From positions 22,257 to 86,256 of the forward strand of contig JBILHQ010000001.1 in assembly GCA_044350415.1 (NCBI GenBank): 64,000 bases of DNA. Reading direction: 5' to 3'. This document shows positions 61,087 to 64,000 of this stretch, one piece after another. The translations under genes and the position numbers were made by a program. The notes under the pieces were generated by a model. It searched no databases, was not told the DNA's origin, and worked only from the letters and a program-made list of their open reading frames with translations. This DNA is from Saprospiraceae bacterium (lineage in GTDB: Bacteria > Bacteroidota > Bacteroidia > Chitinophagales > Saprospiraceae). The stretch's first letter is position 1; each line of letters begins with the position of its first letter.

Positions 61087-64000
61087 TCAATCTACATCAA
61101 ACCGCACCCAATCTATCCCAAATACCCCCTGCCCCTGGTTTTGCTCATTTTTAAACACGAAATAAAGATCGTGGTAGTTGGCATCTATGGAAGGCGGCAA
61201 AGGGATCGTTGTTTCATGGAATACCATTCGTTTTTCATTGGATTTTGGCTCTTCTATTCCTGCTAAAAGCGGCCCATTGGGCTTGTCCAAATGGATTTCC
61301 ATCCGGCCACCACAATAGGTTACCCGTGTATCGCCCGATCCAATTCGAAGTGTGAGTGACTTCAGGTGTTGCAAGTCGACCCGCTTAATCACAAACCAAT
61401 AATTCTGTTTTAATTCATTGAGGATAATCGTATCATTGTCAAAAGGTTTGTAGTTGCCCACGCCCCTGCGGCGGTCGTCGCATTGCTCCACCTCAAAAGT
61501 GGCTGGCCGGAGTACCAACACGTCATTTTCCGAGAGTGCCGGAAGTCCGCCCCAGCCCAGATCTGTATAAGAGGCTTGTAACAGATAAGTACCCTGGGCA
61601 GCAGGAAACGGATACGAACCATTGAAGGGCAGGGATTGAACGGGTTTCACAGGATCGCCCAATGCCATAATCCAATGGGCCATTTCAATCGCCTCTTCTT
61701 CCCGAATATTGGGATGCGCAATCATGGCGCGTTGCCCCCACTTCCCGGAGCCGCCGTAAATGATTTTACGGTAAATGGTCGGAATACTAAAATCTGTACC
61801 CCGGTAACGCGCGGCCACATCTTTAAATGAAGGGCCATTTACCATTTTGTCCACCGCATGGCAGGAATAGCAATCGGAACCAGCAATCAGGGCTTTCCCT
61901 CTGGCATAAGTCTCCGTTTGGTCTTCTGCTTTTTGGGGTAATACAGCGGGATTCAGCAATTTTTCAAAATAGTCAGCCGACGTCGTGACGGATGCCTGGC
62001 GGCAAAAAACAACTGCTTCAGGGCAATCTTCGCGGTCGCGCACTTGTATCGCATAGGGCAGGGCCGTACCCGGACGGTAAAAACTTCTGTTCCGGCTGGT
62101 CACGAACTTTACCACAGGGGGCGTATTGCCCGCATAAACAATAGCAGTGTCGGTGTCAAAAGCGCCCTGTGAATCCGAAACTTTTAAGACAACTTTATAC
62201 CTGCCTGGGGCCGGAAACTGCCACGTTACAGTATCCGGATGGTGCATTTTTGCCAATGTTTCACCTGCACAGGTAAGTGCATATTCCAACGGTTCATGGT
62301 CGTAATCTTCGGTTTTTCCTAAGGAAAAACGAACCTTAAGGGGCGCGGCACCATTGGCCACATCCACTTCCAGCCGCGCGATGGGTTTCCGGTTGCCCCG
62401 CACAAAATCAATCCTGCTCAGGCAGGCTTCTACATTGGAAGAATACCACATTTTCCCGTATTCCAACAGCCAGATTGACCCCGTTTTTCGGTCGACCAGC
62501 ATATCGATTGGCCGCATTACTTTCACGGAGTCAGCGATCGGTTCCAGGTGGTAAAAATGACCTTCCGCATCAACAGTGACCGCCATTATCCAATTGCGCA
62601 TCCAGTCATAAATAAGTGTTTTCCCATTGTAATAATCGGGCAACCGGGTTCGGGCATCATAATTATCACAATAGTACACCGGTCCTGCCATCGCATTCCG
62701 GCCACCTTCCCCCAGCATCGGAAAATCGCGGTTGCGACCATAAGGATACCAGATAAAAGCAGGTTGAGCAGGTGGGAGTTCACGGGCACCCGTATTATTG
62801 GGGGAAAGATTGACCGGGTGTTGTGGATCAAACCAGGTACCCGCTTTTCTTTGGTCAAAATCATAAGCGCGGTAGGCTTGGTTATCACCGACAAATAACG
62901 GCCATCCAAAATTCCCCGCCCGACGCGCCTGATTAATTTCGTCGTGGCCCATTGGTCCGCGAAGGGTATCATTTTTGCCTGAATCAGGCCCAATTTCGCC
63001 CCAATACAGGTAATTTCGACGCTGGTCAATACTGATCCTGAACGGATTCCGGCAACCCATGACATAGATTTCGGGCCGGCCATTTTGTGATTGCACAAAA
63101 AGATTATCGGATGGACAGGTATAAGTCCCATCCTCTGCCACTTTAATACGCAGTATTTTGCCCCTTAAATCCATGGTATTACCCGCAGAACGCAGCGCAT
63201 CAAAGGATTGCCGGCCCAAAGTAAAATCAATGGGCGCAAAACCATCCGAAGCAAACGGGCTGGTATTATCGCCGGTAGACATATACAAATAACCATCAGG
63301 GCCAAATGCAAGACTTCCTCCAGCATGAAAACAATTCGTGTGACCGGTCGGTACGGTCAAAATTACTTTTTCTGAAGCACGGTCAAGTGTATCATTCTGG
63401 AAAACAAATCGGGATAGCTGGTTCATTGAATCCCGCAAGGAGGAATAATTGATGAATATACGGTGATTTTGCTCCCATTGGGGATCAATCGCCAGACCGA
63501 GCATCCCATCGCCCATTTCAGAATATACCGGGAGTTTAGCCACCACATTGATCAGGCCGGTAGCGGGGTCAAAAAGGCGAATATAGCCGTGCCGCTCAAG
63601 AATCAGGATTTTGCCGTCGGGCAATTGGTCCATTTCCATCGGTTCATTCAGGTGATCAGCAACCACTGTTTTTACAAAACGGGTCTGATCGGGCCGGCGC
63701 GGTGTGCGGCAACGGGAATAATTCAATGGATCCTGTTTACCAATAGCATACAGAATACCACCAAGCAGGTGTTTCCGGAATTGCGGATCGCTGTAACCCT
63801 CTGGAATATGGCCGAGTGCCGTGTAAAACGAACGACCGCCGTCGTAGGGATGCTGCCACGCAATAGGATGATGGTGTTTATTGAACAGCCAGGTATCAGC
63901 AGGTACCGATCCTCCCTTATATTTATCTTCGTCGATACTCAGCAATACTTCAATATCGGGTGCATAATTGCGGAAATTATACCACTCTTCCTTCCAGGGC
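61087..64000 (-). CDS. multidomain ThuA / PQQ-dependent sugar dehydrogenase / PKD / cytochrome c protein (5' end outside window)
   Basis: The frame is open to the window edge (…PWKEEWYNFRNYAPDIEVLLSIDE = ThuA-like). It also has a beta-propeller sugar dehydrogenase region, a PKD-like segment, the haem motif CYSCH, and a C-terminal binding-like module. Confidence 0.8.
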   Translation of the reverse strand, partial: PWKEEWYNFRNYAPDIEVLLSIDEDKYKGGSVPADTWLFNKHHHPIAWQHPYDGGRSFYTALGHIPEGYSDPQFRKHLLGGILYAIGKQDPLNYSRCRTPRRPDQTRFVKTVVADHLNEPMEMDQLPDGKILILERHGYIRLFDPATGLINVVAKLPVYSEMGDGMLGLAIDPQWEQNHRIFINYSSLRDSMNQLSRFVFQNDTLDRASEKVILTVPTGHTNCFHAGGSLAFGPDGYLYMSTGDNTSPFASDGFAPIDFTLGRQSFDALRSAGNTMDLRGKILRIKVAEDGTYTCPSDNLFVQSQNGRPEIYVMGCRNPFRISIDQRRNYLYWGEIGPDSGKNDTLRGPMGHDEINQARRAGNFGWPLFVGDNQAYRAYDFDQRKAGTWFDPQHPVNLSPNNTGARELPPAQPAFIWYPYGRNRDFPMLGEGGRNAMAGPVYYCDNYDARTRLPDYYNGKTLIYDWMRNWIMAVTVDAEGHFYHLEPIADSVKVMRPIDMLVDRKTGSIWLLEYGKMWYSSNVEACLSRIDFVRGNRKPIARLEVDVANGAAPLKVRFSLGKTEDYDHEPLEYALTCAGETLAKMHHPDTVTWQFPAPGRYKVVLKVSDSQGAFDTDTAIVYAGNTPPVVKFVTSRNRSFYRPGTALPYAIQVRDREDCPEAVVFCRQASVTTSADYFEKLLNPAVLPQKAEDQTETYARGKALIAGSDCYSCHAVDKMVNGPSFKDVAARYRGTDFSIPTIYRKIIYGGSGKWGQRAMIAHPNIREEEAIEMAHWIMALGDPVKPVQSLPFNGSYPFPAAQGTYLLQASYTDLGWGGLPALSENDVLVLRPATFEVEQCDDRRRGVGNYKPFDNDTIILNELKQNYWFVIKRVDLQHLKSLTLRIGSGDTRVTYCGGRMEIHLDKPNGPLLAGIEEPKSNEKRMVFHETTIPLPPSIDANYHDLYFVFKNEQNQGQGVFGIDWVRFDVD

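Overview
This is a 64 kb chromosomal window from a Bacteroidota-type genome. The evidence is a SusC/SusD pair, six proteins with type IX secretion (T9SS) C-terminal sorting domains, SprB-repeat giant proteins and TAnnTTTG -7 promoter boxes. The species cannot be named. All family calls come from motifs read by eye in the supplied translations; no searches were run. About 40 genes are supported. They include housekeeping genes (ABC exporters, mutY, a 5'-truncated mfd, an endonuclease V-like gene, a GMC oxidoreductase) and a co-directional lytic transglycosylase / NodB deacetylase / GNAT trio. A YtrA-like GntR-ABC operon is followed by a C39-peptidase ABC exporter. A minus-strand polysaccharide utilisation locus runs 32979-48057 and holds SusD, SusC, GH3, two GH144-like glucanases (one fused to an esterase) and a six-module binding-like protein. 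The window also has a GH18 gene, a 1797-aa metzincin/P-domain/SprB-repeat protein, and a ThuA/PQQ-dehydrogenase/cytochrome c protein that runs off the right edge. No rRNA, tRNA or CRISPR array was seen. The most unusual signal is non-coding. Nearly every 3' gene junction carries a long palindromic element built from short tandem words plus a GTAGAG/CCCCAAGCA core. There are at least two related families, with five and two copies, plus several singletons. One copy abuts the truncated mfd and one is read through by a frameshifted Uma2 gene. Other gene decay includes a DUF5615 PIN-like pseudogene and a TfoX fragment fused to an IS256 transposase remnant.
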